A stretch of DNA of 64,000 bases from an uncultured Methanomicrobiales archaeon. Its GTDB lineage: Archaea > Halobacteriota > Methanomicrobia > Methanomicrobiales > Methanospirillaceae. Under the pieces are notes generated by a model. It did not search any database. It was given only the letters and a program-made list of their open reading frames with translations, and was not told the origin of the DNA. This document shows positions 21,205 to 32,162 of this stretch, piece after piece. The DNA lies in NCBI GenBank assembly GCA_963697895.1, contig OY969100.1:1920001-1984000 (forward strand). Direction: 5' to 3'. The number at the start of each line of letters is the position of its first letter. Within the stretch, counting starts at the first letter, position 1. The translations under genes and the position numbers were made by a program.

Positions 21205-21390
21205 ATTCTTTCCTCATCACTATTCTTCATTCACGGTTTAAAATTCCGACTGTAATACTGAATTCCGGATTAAAGAATATGAACGATGAATAGATCTAAA
21301 GATTGAAATAAACCGGTTAACAATCGGTTATTCAGTGTATGTTGAAGGTTCGGACATACGTCCGATTCTTCACGGAGAGATGAAAGAACC

Positions 21391-21870
21391 ATGATCGAAA
21401 AACAGACATTTCAGGGAGTCCCCGGGATACTTCGCCCATTTAAAGCGTATATTGAGCGATCGAAGATTGATGCAGGGAGCCAGATCGTGTATTACGGAGT
21501 GCCGGGAACATGTACCCCTTTTATTGAACTTCTTGGCTTCGCAATCCGGGATCTTCATCTTGCGCAGGTATTCGTCCCCTTCGTGGACGAGAGTCGGGCA
21601 AAAAAGATCATTCCGGTCGTTGATACGGGAATGCAGATTGGCGACCCTGTTCAGATCGACGACCCGAAGGTTGTCGTCGTCATGGGAGGCCTCTCGATGC
21701 CGAACGTCCCGGTAACTCCTCACCAGATGAAGGAGATACTCGATCATCATGATTCGAAAAAACTAGGAGTATGTTTCATGCGGATGTTTGAGAAGGCAGG
21801 GTGGCTCGAAGTTATTTCCTTTGATCTCCTGATCGATGCGAATATTGATCCGGTTGATGTATGGCAGTAA
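21391..21870 (+). CDS. DUF2124-family protein (methanogen conserved)
   Basis: GVPGTCTPFIEL, MGGLSMP, GVCFMRMFEKAGW, FDLLIDA. Confidence 0.8.
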   Translation: MIEKQTFQGVPGILRPFKAYIERSKIDAGSQIVYYGVPGTCTPFIELLGFAIRDLHLAQVFVPFVDESRAKKIIPVVDTGMQIGDPVQIDDPKVVVVMGGLSMPNVPVTPHQMKEILDHHDSKKLGVCFMRMFEKAGWLEVISFDLLIDANIDPVDVWQ

Positions 21871-22036
21871 TGCCATGAAAATTACCTTCAGTTCCGTCAT
21901 CGGATGCCTCTCTCTGGATCCCGATTTCAGGATAGCATTATATCAGATTCCCGAAGGATTTCACATCTCCAGAAATGTACAAAGAAGATCCGGATGTTCA
22001 GTAATTCCGGGGATTCCCCGTTAATATAAAAAAAAG

Positions 22037-22901
22037 TTAGATATAGGGGTTCCGGAGCCCCTTCCCGACACCAAAGGACGCTCGTTCCTCGAGGGTCTTC
22101 TTATTCTTGGTGATCTTCTCGGTCGCAAGCTTGGTCACAAGCTCGAGACCCGGTTTCACCTGTTCGATCGGTTTTGTCTCGAAACAGCCTGCAGCGACGG
22201 CCTTTGCCCAGACACTGTCTCCCTTCTTAGACCGGACAAAGACAGTGCTCCATCCGTCGGGGCTACCGACCGATCCGGTTGAGACATCGGCCCATTCTGC
22301 CACATAATCGAGGCAGACATGGTCTCCCGGCTGGTTGTACTTGTGGGTGACCTTGAGCGGAAGCCCGACAACGTTGCCACGGTCGGTTATAACCGTGAAC
22401 TTGCCCTTTCCGATCTCCATCTTCTTGACGGATTCCATCTTTACACCGGCATGATCTTCCACGAGCTGGACGATGCTCTGGTAGGGGAAGTTCTCCATGC
22501 AGAAAATACCGAGCACTAAGGCGATCTTATCGGGGACATCCCGCATCCCGATCGGATAAATCTGAGCCTTTCCGGACCGCCTGGACCTGGCAGGGGACGC
22601 CGACGATACCGACCTTGTCGAGGCCGAAGCTCCGTGTCGCTTCCTTCAGGAAGGAGACGCTCGGGCATATATTGTACCGTGTTCCCCGGGATTTCATCAG
22701 GTCCTCTTTGGTCATTGCAACCATCGGCCGCGGTCTCCAGGGCTCGTCGCTTGGTCCTGCGACGATTGCACCATCAATGATGCCCTCTTCGAGAGCATAT
22801 GCAAAGAGCGTCGTGACGATTCCGCCATCCTGAGCGCCCTTCAGAATATCCTTATCGGTGCTTCGTGCTGATACACACATCTTGTATTTACCGAGTACCA
22901 T
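22037..22901 (-). CDS. frhB: Coenzyme F420 hydrogenase beta subunit, +1 frameshift at ~22567
   Basis: [17 protein letters not shown]...RKAQIYPIG (after repair), [20 protein letters not shown]. Confidence 0.93.
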
Positions 22902-22910
22902 TTCCATCAC

Positions 22911-23792
22911 CTACTGCATCACCGTAGCAATGAGTTCTTGGATGCTCTCATACTCCGCGAGGAGATCCATGTTCAGGAAGCTCCGCGGGCATTGGGAATA
23001 ACATGCACCGCACTTCACGCAGAGATCACGGGTGCCCTGGGGCTTCCCGTATTCATGGGTGATCGCCCTGACCGGGCATGCCGCTGCGCAGGTCCCGCAT
23101 CCGATGCAGAGGCCCTGGTTAATGACATCGGTCATCAGATCACAGAAGCACGCGGTCGTGCCGCGCTTTGCTAGGTTCATCAACGGAGTCAGGTATTTGG
23201 TTGCGAGATCCTTCTGCTCTTTGGTTCCCTTCAGAAGCAGATATGCCATGATTGCGACATTCCGGATCATCTGGGGGGTCGGAGCACAGCCGGGGATATA
23301 GACATCCACGTTGATCAGGTCATTTACCGGCAGGAATGCCTCGTGTTTGGGCTGGTTCTGCTGGCCACCCCGGGCGAACCGGGTGATATTTCCATAACAG
23401 GCACAACCTCCGACCGCGACGACGACCGCCGCTTTCTCTCTGGTCTGCTTGATCTCCTCAACCGCTAGTTTGTCATTGATACAGACGGAACCCTCGACCA
23501 GTGCCACATCCATCTTTGGGATATGCCGGACATCCGCGAGCGTCAACCCGTAGACGAGGTCTGCATACTTGTCCAGCAGGGTTAAGAGTCCTCCATAATT
23601 GTCTGCTAATGACACAAGACAGCCAGTGCACCCACTCATGTGCACATGGCCGATTGTAATCTTGTCTGCCACAGGCTTTTCCTCCTTTTTGGTTGTTTCC
23701 ACCTTTTTTTCCATGTCAGCCTTCGGGGGAGCAGCTTTTGCCTTCGTCTCCTGGCCGACATCCTTCTTGAAGATGCTTGATAGTAGTCCCAT
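22911..23792 (-). CDS. frhG: Coenzyme F420 hydrogenase gamma subunit (alternative GTG start at 23672)
   Basis: SGCTGC, EGSV, GGCACYG, IPGCAP, two ferredoxin motifs (CIGCGTC...CP; CVKCGAC...CP). Confidence 0.95.
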   Translation of the reverse strand: MGLLSSIFKKDVGQETKAKAAPPKADMEKKVETTKKEEKPVADKITIGHVHMSGCTGCLVSLADNYGGLLTLLDKYADLVYGLTLADVRHIPKMDVALVEGSVCINDKLAVEEIKQTREKAAVVVAVGGCACYGNITRFARGGQQNQPKHEAFLPVNDLINVDVYIPGCAPTPQMIRNVAIMAYLLLKGTKEQKDLATKYLTPLMNLAKRGTTACFCDLMTDVINQGLCIGCGTCAAACPVRAITHEYGKPQGTRDLCVKCGACYSQCPRSFLNMDLLAEYESIQELIATVMQ

Positions 23793-24252
23793 AATCCACC
23801 CCAATCAGTTCGAGTACGATCCGTACCGTCCTGGGAATAGCATTGAGAACCTCCTCAGTGAGCCCTATTTCAAATTCAGGCGCTGTAACACGTTTCGGCT
23901 GGCATCCGATCACCGTGATATCGATCCGGTCTTTCAGGCGTTCGAGCGGCTCGGTCAGGTCCCACGAATGGGCATCCCGGTAGCTTCCGGCTGGCAGGTC
24001 TTCGACCCTGAACTGTCCGATCGTCCCGGGTTCCGCACCGAAATCGGCGATGTCGATGATCACCAGTTTTCTGGTCACGGCAGGATCCAGGAGGGTAAAA
24101 ACAAAATGCGGGCCGCCGAGGCCCACGTCGATTACCTTGACCCGTTCAGGAAGCGATAATTTCGCCAGCTCTTCAACTACTGCCGGCCCGAAGCCGTCAT
24201 CCCCAAAGAGCGGGTTTCCACACCCTACTACCACGATTTCCGGATACAGCAT
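23716..24252 (-). CDS. frhD: F420 hydrogenase maturation protease FrhD
   Basis: GCGNPLFGDDGFG, DAH, GCQP. Located between frhA and frhG. Confidence 0.93.
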   Translation of the reverse strand: MLYPEIVVVGCGNPLFGDDGFGPAVVEELAKLSLPERVKVIDVGLGGPHFVFTLLDPAVTRKLVIIDIADFGAEPGTIGQFRVEDLPAGSYRDAHSWDLTEPLERLKDRIDITVIGCQPKRVTAPEFEIGLTEEVLNAIPRTVRIVLELIGVDYGTTIKHLQEGCRPGDEGKSCSPEG

Positions 24253-24261
24253 GAGTTACAC

Positions 24262-25630
24262 TCACTGCAGGAGTTTCTGAGCCACTATCTTCCTGTCCTC
24301 ATCGATGACAATCATATGGGTTGCACATGATACACAGGGGTCGTACGCCCGCACTACCATCTCTGCGAGTCTGCCACGGGGCACCCACCAGGGCGCGGCT
24401 GCAGGTTGCAAAGTTCCAGGTCGTCGGAACCAGCAGGGTATAATGCTGCACTTTGCCGTCCTTGACCTGGGCGATATGGACGTCCGTTCCTCTCGGGGCT
24501 TCATTTGCCGCCCACCCGATGGAACCGTCACCCTGGGGGATGTGGTCAGCGAGTACCTTCCCGTGGGGGTCCAGCGCATCGAGCGCGTTGATCATGGTAT
24601 AGAGACAATCCGTGTACTCCATCTGCCGGGCAACATGCTGGCCGATGGTTCCCTTCTCATCGAATCCCTTGAATTTCACCAGGCGGGCGCGGGGACCGAC
24701 TTCTACCGGTGCACCATCGTACATCGGCACACCAGTGCAGGCCTCCATCTGGGGGTTTGCGACGGTGCCTACCGGAGACGTGCCTCCGACAGGGTAGTTC
24801 GGGTCTGCAAGATCGACAGTGACTTCGCCCATATACCAGTCCCATGGCCGGGTTTCCTTAAACCGCTCCAGTGCCCAGGTCGGATTCTCCGAGTGGCTGG
24901 TGGTTCCATAGACGGGGTCCGTCGCCATATATCCCTGGTCGTGGTATCCGAGGTTCTTCGGGATCATGATCTTCTTCCCGCCGACATCTGTCCAGTCGCG
25001 CTTCTGGAAGTTGCGCAGCACGGCGATCATGAACTCCATCTGTTCATGCGCGAGGACGACTCCTTCCTTGGCGAGATCGTACATCTTCTTCTTGGCGAGC
25101 GGGGAGACGTTCCGGTACATACCACCGACACGGGGGTTGCTCGGGTGTACCGCTTCTCCGCCTGCAATCTGGGAGACCGTCTGAGCGATCTCACGGAGCC
25201 TCTGGATACGTTTTGCGACCGACCGCACCGGCTCTGCCGGTGTGAACGGGTTGATCTTCGTCTCCGTTCCCGGGACGTAAAAGTCGGGGAGGATCAGGAT
25301 ATTATGCAGTGCAATGCTGTGCAGCCTGTTAGCACACTGGAGGATCACCCTCAGGTGCCGTGCATCCTTCGGATACCAGCACTTGATGGATGCCTCCATT
25401 GCTTCGATACCAGCAAGGGTGTGTGCCACGGGGCAGATACCACAGACGCGGGACGCAATCTTTGGCGCCTGCTCCATGGTCTTCCCAATGGCAAGCTTCT
25501 CGACTCCTCTCACGGGAGTGATGGAGAGCCAGTTACCAACCTCAACGATACCCTCGTCGTTGACCTTCAAAACAAGTTTTGAATGTCCCTCATGTCTCGT
25601 GGTTGGGGAAATCTCTACAACTTTCGACAA
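24262..25630 (-). CDS. frhA: Coenzyme F420 hydrogenase alpha ([NiFe] large) subunit, +1 frameshift at ~24370
   Basis: TRHEGH, RVCGICP, APRG, VPT. The C-terminal [12 protein letters not shown] lies in a second frame and is joined by deleting T24370. Confidence 0.96.
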
Positions 25631-26002
25631 TATTATCGCCTCATAGTATTGAGTTGTTCAGATCGCGATACCGGTGTAATCCACACATATCTCGTGTTTT
25701 CGAGATGTTGACCGTACTCAGTACGTTCAGGAATAGGTTTGCCATCTAATATTATATATCTCCTTTGGCAATAATCCGGTTCCAGATAGGGTTACAATAA
25801 GTTAACAAAAAGCATATAAGCCGTTATTTATCCACTATATAAACATGATGATTCGTCAATGCGGTTCCCGGGATAATACCGCCCGGCAATGGTGTCACCG
25901 AAAAATTCAGGGGCAAAATCCGTTATCCTCTCAAAAATGAATTGATTCCAAATGCAGATCCGGAATCAGGGGGACGATCACAAAAAAAAAATTAACCAAA
26001 GT

Positions 26003-26998
26003 TTAGCCCTGCATTTCCCCATTGAGTTCAACGAACAACTCGGCCATCGTTGCCTGCCGTTCTGCGTATGCATCGTGCTGGTGAATGCTCTCCTCGTTCG
26101 TCTGTTTAATGGTCACCAGTGAGTCCCCCGGGAGATGAGAGAAGGTAGCGAGTACTTTCTGTGCCATCTCACGCACACAGTCCTCGACGAACCGGGGATT
26201 CTTATGTGCAGAATGAACGACATAACTCTCATCTCCCCGTTTTAATAATTCAAATATGGGAGCACTCATCGAATCTTTGAGTATCTGTATGATCTTTTCG
26301 AGTTCCACGTGCTGGTCATCGTCGGTCTCGATACAGAGAAATCCCCGCCCCCGTTGATTATGGGTGGCCATGGGGACTTCCTCGAGGAAGAGATCGATCT
26401 TGTTATCCTCAATGCCCAGATTCTGGAGGACATACATTGCCCGTTCTTTCATGATATTCTGAGCGCAGGGACATGCCGTCATCCCGGTCACCTCGGCTCC
26501 GATGCTCTTCCGTACGATCGGTGCCCGGAAGGTGCGCCGGGCAATAGCACGGGCGAGGACCTTGACAACCTCGTGGCAACTCGTATGAGAAACCGGCGTC
26601 TCCCGTTTGATCATGAACTGGCTCTTCATCAGCACTTCGGTCCGGTCGGCATATTCATGGCGGTCAAGCAGTTTTCGCGCGACGACGCTGCACAATTCCT
26701 CGATCTCTTTCACCTCTCCGTCGATCGCCTGCTGGAGGACTTCATCTATCACCTCGAAGTTCCGTGAGAGATTGGCACCCTTGAGACTGCCTGGCAGATC
26801 GACAAAGACATCAAAATTGGAGATAAAAATCATGGGCCGCTTGTCGCGTCGGGATACCTCGACCAGCTTTTTCACGTTTTTCACCCCGACGCGGGTGAGG
26901 TTGATCCGGACATCCGGGGTGGTTGACTGCACATCGGGCAGTTCCTGCGAAAATCTCTGTGTAATAGAATTATTAATGGCGCATCTCTCCAGAAACAA
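26003..26998 (-). CDS. mptA: GTP cyclohydrolase MptA (GCYH-IB/IV, methanopterin pathway); start uncertain
   Basis: LPDVQ, LTRVGV, KGANLSR, MTACPCA, ATHNQRG, NPRFVEDCVR, ESIHQHDAYA. Start could be TTG 26998 or ATG 27025. Confidence 0.92.
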   Translation of the reverse strand: MFLERCAINNSITQRFSQELPDVQSTTPDVRINLTRVGVKNVKKLVEVSRRDKRPMIFISNFDVFVDLPGSLKGANLSRNFEVIDEVLQQAIDGEVKEIEELCSVVARKLLDRHEYADRTEVLMKSQFMIKRETPVSHTSCHEVVKVLARAIARRTFRAPIVRKSIGAEVTGMTACPCAQNIMKERAMYVLQNLGIEDNKIDLFLEEVPMATHNQRGRGFLCIETDDDQHVELEKIIQILKDSMSAPIFELLKRGDESYVVHSAHKNPRFVEDCVREMAQKVLATFSHLPGDSLVTIKQTNEESIHQHDAYAERQATMAELFVELNGEMQG

Positions 26999-27079
26999 AT
27001 AGCGTTTTCGTTGCGGAACTAACATCAATTTATAAAATATTTAAGTGCTCTGTTGCTGATATAAATCAGGGTATGAACT

Positions 27080-28069
27080 ATGGTAAAAAAATTCTACGAC
27101 GAAGATGCCGATCAACAGATATTTGACGGTAAAAAAGTGGCGGTGATCGGATATGGCTCCCAGGGCCGGGGGCAGGCGTTAAACCTCCGAGACAGTGGTT
27201 TTGATGTGATCATCGGACTCCGGCCGGGAAAAAGCTGGAATAACGCATCTGCAGACGGGTTCAAGGTATATCCCGTAACAGATGCGGTAAAAATGGCGCA
27301 GGTGGTCCAGATCCTGCTGCCGGACGAACACCAGGCCGCCGTGTACCGGACAGAGATCCGTCCGCACATGACCGAAAACAAATGCCTGATGTTCTCCCAC
27401 GGGTTTAATATCCACTTTGGTCAGATCGTCCCCCCGCCAAACATCGATGTGATCATGGTCGCCCCGAAAGGGCCCGGCTTCATGGTCAGGAGAACATACG
27501 AGGAGGGGAACGGCGTACCGGCACTCATTGCAGTCTACCAGGACTACACCGGTAATGCCCACAAGCTTGCGCTTGCATACGCCAAAGGAATCGGCGCCAC
27601 CAGAGCCGTGGTACTGGAGACGACCTTCCGGGAGGAGACAGAGACCGACCTCTTCGGAGAACAGGCGGTCCTCTGCGGAGGTATCACCTCCCTGATCAAG
27701 GCCGGGTTCGAGACGCTGGTCGATGCGGGATACGACCCGGAGATGGCTTACCTCGAGGTTCTCCACGAGACAAAGCTCATCGTAGATCTGATCTATGAGG
27801 GAGGATTTACAAAGATGCGGCAGTACATCAGCAACACCGCCCAGTACGGCGACCTGACCCGCGGTCCACGGGTGATCGGTCCCGAAGCGTATGAGGCGAT
27901 GCAGGAGATTCTCAGCGAGATCCAGAGCGGGGAATTTGCCAGGGAGTGGATGCTTGAGAACCTCGTTAACCGTCCCGTTTTTAATGCTCTCACGCGGGCC
28001 GATGAAGAACACCTCATCGAGGAGGTCGGGAAGGAAATACGGACGTTCATGCCACAGTTCAAAAAATAG
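27080..28069 (+). CDS. ilvC: Ketol-acid reductoisomerase
   Basis: [41 protein letters not shown]. Confidence 0.97.
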   Translation: MVKKFYDEDADQQIFDGKKVAVIGYGSQGRGQALNLRDSGFDVIIGLRPGKSWNNASADGFKVYPVTDAVKMAQVVQILLPDEHQAAVYRTEIRPHMTENKCLMFSHGFNIHFGQIVPPPNIDVIMVAPKGPGFMVRRTYEEGNGVPALIAVYQDYTGNAHKLALAYAKGIGATRAVVLETTFREETETDLFGEQAVLCGGITSLIKAGFETLVDAGYDPEMAYLEVLHETKLIVDLIYEGGFTKMRQYISNTAQYGDLTRGPRVIGPEAYEAMQEILSEIQSGEFAREWMLENLVNRPVFNALTRADEEHLIEEVGKEIRTFMPQFKK

Positions 28070-28206
28070 ACGACATCTTTTTTTCTATCCCACAATGGCA
28101 TATAGTGATATCCGGAAAAACAGGAACGGGAATGGTGAATTAAGTCCCTGAATGCCTCTCATGGCGACGCCCGATATGAGTTGAGGGACGGTTTATCGGT
28201 TAATCC

Positions 28207-30285
28207 CTATGGCGAGAACGACATAAGAGTGGTCAACGAAGCAAGCGCAGCCTGCAGTTCTTCAGGAAGAACCTCCATCCGTGACCCTCTGCAACTGATA
28301 TCCAGGCAATTACCCCCGGTCTCCCCGATTATCCGGTAATCCAGCCCACATAACGAGGAATCCTCCTCGAACGCAACCAGGAACCTCCCGTACGTCTCGG
28401 AGAAGAGCTCCTCGAGGGCATCTCCATCCAGTTGAACCATTGAACGGGGACAGAGATGGGCCAGTGCGGCGAGGAGCCCCCCTTGTGACAGGTCGGTCAC
28501 CGCAAGGAGGTCGCATTCCTCAACTTTTTCACGTATCACGCTTAGTATTCCGCAATCCGCTACCGGTGGGGCTTCACCGCCGCAGCCGGTAAGGGCATCC
28601 AGAATGGATCCCCCAAAATGGGGGCCGGTCTTCCCCGCAATGGCAAGTTTGGCACCCTCCGGAATCTCCGCGGACGTTCTGACCGGGCATTTTCCCACCA
28701 TGCCGATCGAGAGGGTCGGCTTGATCTGGCTGTCAAACTCATCACTCTCGTTATACAGGGAAACGTTTCCCCCTACGATCGGCGTGTCCAGCATCCGTGC
28801 CATCTCCCCCATGCCGAGAACCGCTTCTTCCATCTGCCAGGCGATCTCAGGGTGGACCGGGCTTGCAAAGTTGAGACAATTCACGATGCAGAGGGGTTTC
28901 CCTCCAACGCAGGCAAGATTGGCCGCATTTTCGAAGACCGCATTTGCTGCACCTGCCCGGGGACGGATATACATCTGTCGGGGGTTACACCCGCAGGATA
29001 ATGCGAGTCCGGCATCTTCGAGCCTGAGCACTGCAGCATCCCGATGAAGGGATACGGTATGTAACTGAACATCATGATCGTACTGTTCGAAAACCCAGGA
29101 TTTATCCGCCACTTCCGGGTGGGAAAGGACCTGAACTGCGAGCTGCTTCAGGTCTCCCGACGGTGGGACGAACGGTGTTTCCGCGGTGTACGCCCTCTTC
29201 TCCCACCTGCAGACGGGTGCGCCGCCCACAAGAAGCGGGATTGGGAGGTCGCAGACGACAGTCCCCCGGAACTTGACGATATACCGGGGTTCCCGGATGA
29301 CCTCACCGATATCGCTCCATTTCAGGTCGTACTTATCCGCAATACGCCCGATAAGCGGAACATCCCCCGGGGCAACCTCCACAAGCATGCGTTCCTGTGA
29401 TTCGGCAAGCATGATCTCCACCGGCCGCATCCCGCTCTCACGCTGGTGGACCCGGTCCGCATGGAAAACTCCGCCAAACGTGCTGCACATCTCGCTCGAC
29501 GCCCCGGCAAGGCCTGCAGCCCCGAGGTCACGACACGAGAGCACCTTACCGGTCTCCGCCATCTCAAGGATCGCCTCGATCAGGAGCTTTTCGGTGAAGG
29601 GGTCGCCGATCTGAACACTGGGCCGGTCGGCCGCCTCGGCATCCTCTGAGAGATCGCGGGATGCAAAAGACGCACCACCGAGCCCGTCACGACCGGTGGA
29701 TGCCCCCACCAGGACAAGGTGGTTCCCTGGCCTCTTCACCCGTGCCGTGATATAACGGTCCGGGTCGACGACACCCACACAGACGACATTGACAAGCGGG
29801 TTGCCATTGTACCCGTCATCGAAGAATAGATCGCCACGGATAACCGGGACCCCGATGCAGTTGCCGTATCCGCCGATACCTGCCACCACATGCTCCATCA
29901 GGTACCGGTTTTTTTCCCGGTCCAAAGGGCCGAAATAGAGCGGATCCATCAGAGCGACGGGTCGCGAACCCATGGAGAGCACATCCCGCACAATCCCCCC
30001 GACTCCCGTGGCAGCACCATCGTGGGGATCCACATAACTCGGATGGTTATGGCTCTCCATACTGATGGTGATCGCGCACGTTTCGGTAAACCGCACAACC
30101 GCTGCATCGTCGCCCGGCCCGAGTAGGACGTCCGGCCCGGTCGTCGGGAGAGTCTTTAAAAGATACCTGGTAGACCGGTAACTGCAATGTTCGCTCCAGA
30201 GGTTCTCGAAACAGGCAATCTCCAGTTCGGTTGGGTCGCGATGCAGGTGACCCCGGATCTCCCGGAGGTCTTCGGCGGATAACAT
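28207..30285 (-). CDS. purL: Phosphoribosylformylglycinamidine synthase subunit PurL
   Basis: [44 protein letters not shown]. Confidence 0.97.
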   Translation of the reverse strand: MLSAEDLREIRGHLHRDPTELEIACFENLWSEHCSYRSTRYLLKTLPTTGPDVLLGPGDDAAVVRFTETCAITISMESHNHPSYVDPHDGAATGVGGIVRDVLSMGSRPVALMDPLYFGPLDREKNRYLMEHVVAGIGGYGNCIGVPVIRGDLFFDDGYNGNPLVNVVCVGVVDPDRYITARVKRPGNHLVLVGASTGRDGLGGASFASRDLSEDAEAADRPSVQIGDPFTEKLLIEAILEMAETGKVLSCRDLGAAGLAGASSEMCSTFGGVFHADRVHQRESGMRPVEIMLAESQERMLVEVAPGDVPLIGRIADKYDLKWSDIGEVIREPRYIVKFRGTVVCDLPIPLLVGGAPVCRWEKRAYTAETPFVPPSGDLKQLAVQVLSHPEVADKSWVFEQYDHDVQLHTVSLHRDAAVLRLEDAGLALSCGCNPRQMYIRPRAGAANAVFENAANLACVGGKPLCIVNCLNFASPVHPEIAWQMEEAVLGMGEMARMLDTPIVGGNVSLYNESDEFDSQIKPTLSIGMVGKCPVRTSAEIPEGAKLAIAGKTGPHFGGSILDALTGCGGEAPPVADCGILSVIREKVEECDLLAVTDLSQGGLLAALAHLCPRSMVQLDGDALEELFSETYGRFLVAFEEDSSLCGLDYRIIGETGGNCLDISCRGSRMEVLPEELQAALASLTTLMSFSP

Positions 30286-30376
30286 ATCTTCTCATTTTTT
30301 TCTGCTGACGTTAATATCCATCGGGCGAATCTGCAGGATGGGATATCTTTTACCCCGTCTCCGCCCATTATATACT

Positions 30377-30994
30377 ATGGTTGAAAGTTACGAGGCGCTC
30401 CTGAAAAAAGCATATACCGGTGTGACTGAGCCGGTCGAGTCGACCGAGCGGTTCAGTGTTCCGGAGGTCAAGGCATATATCGAGGGGAAAACAACGGTAT
30501 TTGAAAACTTCGCCGAGATCGCCGGTATTATCCGGCGGGATCAGGATCACTTCATGAAATTCCTCCTCGGGGAGCTGGGTACTGCAGGAAAGATCGACGG
30601 AAACCGTGCCATTTTCAATGGTAAATTTGAACCTTCGCTCCTCGCATCGCTCGTGAAAAGTTACGTCGACGACTATGTGATCTGTTCGGAGTGCGGAAAA
30701 CCGGATACGCGTCTCGTCAAGGATGATCGCATCCTTCTGCTCCGGTGCGATGCATGCGGTGGCCACCGACCTGTGAGGAAACGGAAAGCACGAAGTGAAC
30801 CGATTACGAACGAGTTGCAGGAAGGGGCCGTTCTGGATGTAGAGATCCAGTCAGTGAGCAAGCGGGGTGACGGTGTTGTGAAGATGGGCCGCTACATCAT
30901 GTATGTCGCAAATGCAAAACCAGGACAGACAGTAAAAGTTAAAATCTCCCGAATATCAGGATCCATTGTTTTCACGGAACGAGCGACCGAGTGA
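30377..30994 (+). CDS. eif2b: Translation initiation factor aIF-2 beta with C-terminal TRAM domain
   Basis: ELGTAG, zinc ribbon CSECGKPDT...CDACG, TRAM tail (SKRGDGV). Confidence 0.94.
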   Translation: MVESYEALLKKAYTGVTEPVESTERFSVPEVKAYIEGKTTVFENFAEIAGIIRRDQDHFMKFLLGELGTAGKIDGNRAIFNGKFEPSLLASLVKSYVDDYVICSECGKPDTRLVKDDRILLLRCDACGGHRPVRKRKARSEPITNELQEGAVLDVEIQSVSKRGDGVVKMGRYIMYVANAKPGQTVKVKISRISGSIVFTERATE

Positions 30995-31059
30995 GGAAAC
31001 ACCCGGCGACAAACTCCCCCGCTCCGTTCCTCTAAATAGTGAGAAGCCTGAAATATTCC

Positions 31060-31326
31060 TTATTTTTTTATCTTTTCCAGCAGTTCGTCGCAATAACCTG
31101 ACAACCGCTGACACGCCTCCTTTATTGCCGTGAGGGGGTCTTTCTTTCCATTTGTGGTTACAAGGAGTTCCGGATCGGAAAATTGGAACTCGATGGTGTA
31201 TTTTGCGATATCCACATCGGGATCCCGCAGGATCTCCTCGGTGAGGGCATTCATAAAAGTATGACCCTCGCCCTGGAGGACGATCCGTGCTTTGTCACGC
31301 TCGAGCTCGAGTATTTTTATATTCAT
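31060..31326 (-). CDS. rpoL: RNA polymerase subunit Rpo11 (L)
   Basis: GEGHTFMNAL...DPDVDIAKY. Start placed at MNIKIL. Confidence 0.92.
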   Translation of the reverse strand: MNIKILELERDKARIVLQGEGHTFMNALTEEILRDPDVDIAKYTIEFQFSDPELLVTTNGKKDPLTAIKEACQRLSGYCDELLEKIKK

Positions 31327-31426
31327 CCACCTATATCTGGGGAGTTTGGGAAAATATAAGTATTGGTGGCGTCTGCCATGCACTTCCCACTCCCCGGAAA
31401 AACTCCGTTTCTGCTTTTCCGGGATC

Positions 31427-32161
31427 TTACATGACCGGGTCGGGGAAATAAAAACACTCCCCGTCCTGGCCAAGGTGCGGGAGTCTCCAGGGCATAGTAT
31501 GACTCAGGTGAACACAGCGGAAATCCTTAACCCGCAGTTCTTCCGCGAGAGTGCAGGCCTCACGATAATTCATGTGCTTGGCGATATGGTATCCATCCGG
31601 CACCAGCGCATCGACGAGGAGGAGATCCGACCCGTGAAGGAGTCTACGGCTTTCCGGTGAGATGTCTGCACGCGTATCGGATGTATAACCGATATACGCA
31701 TCGTCAGATCGTATGATCAGACCACAGGTATACGCGGGGGGGTGGTTTACCTCGATGAAGGTGAATTCAAGCCCGTAAAGATGGAACGGGTGAAAGGCAT
31801 CACATAGATTTCGCTTGAACGCGAGGAACTTGAATATCCCCCCGCAATACTCCATAACCGGCGGGGGTGCATACACCGGGGGCATTTCCTGGACACGATA
31901 AAACTCCCCGAACCCCATGAAATGGTCATAATGACCGTGTGTCCAGAGTACCGCATCGATATGAGGAGATCCATAGGTAATCAACTGCTGTCGGAGATCC
32001 GGGGAAGAATCGATCAAGACGTGGTGCCCGGATGTTTCAATAAGGAGTGATGTTCGGAGACGCTCAGCACCGGTCCGCTGTGCTTCCATGCACTGTTTAC
32101 AAGAACAGCCGATTTTGGGAGTCCCTATGGCATCCCCGGTCCCGAGCAGTGTAACCTTCAT
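31427..32161 (-). CDS. MBL-fold metallo-hydrolase (PhnP/YycJ-like)
   Basis: LLGTG, CSCKQC, DSSPDLRQQL, THGHYDH, SDT, HLSH. Confidence 0.9.
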   Translation of the reverse strand: MKVTLLGTGDAIGTPKIGCSCKQCMEAQRTGAERLRTSLLIETSGHHVLIDSSPDLRQQLITYGSPHIDAVLWTHGHYDHFMGFGEFYRVQEMPPVYAPPPVMEYCGGIFKFLAFKRNLCDAFHPFHLYGLEFTFIEVNHPPAYTCGLIIRSDDAYIGYTSDTRADISPESRRLLHGSDLLLVDALVPDGYHIAKHMNYREACTLAEELRVKDFRCVHLSHTMPWRLPHLGQDGECFYFPDPVM

Positions 32162-32162
32162 C

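Noticed and set aside
14706-25582. Long antisense ORFs (e.g. 14706-15860, 24305-25582; also 27179-28012, 37801-38583)
   Set aside because: They are shadows of strongly codon-biased genes on the opposite strand and show no recognisable motifs.
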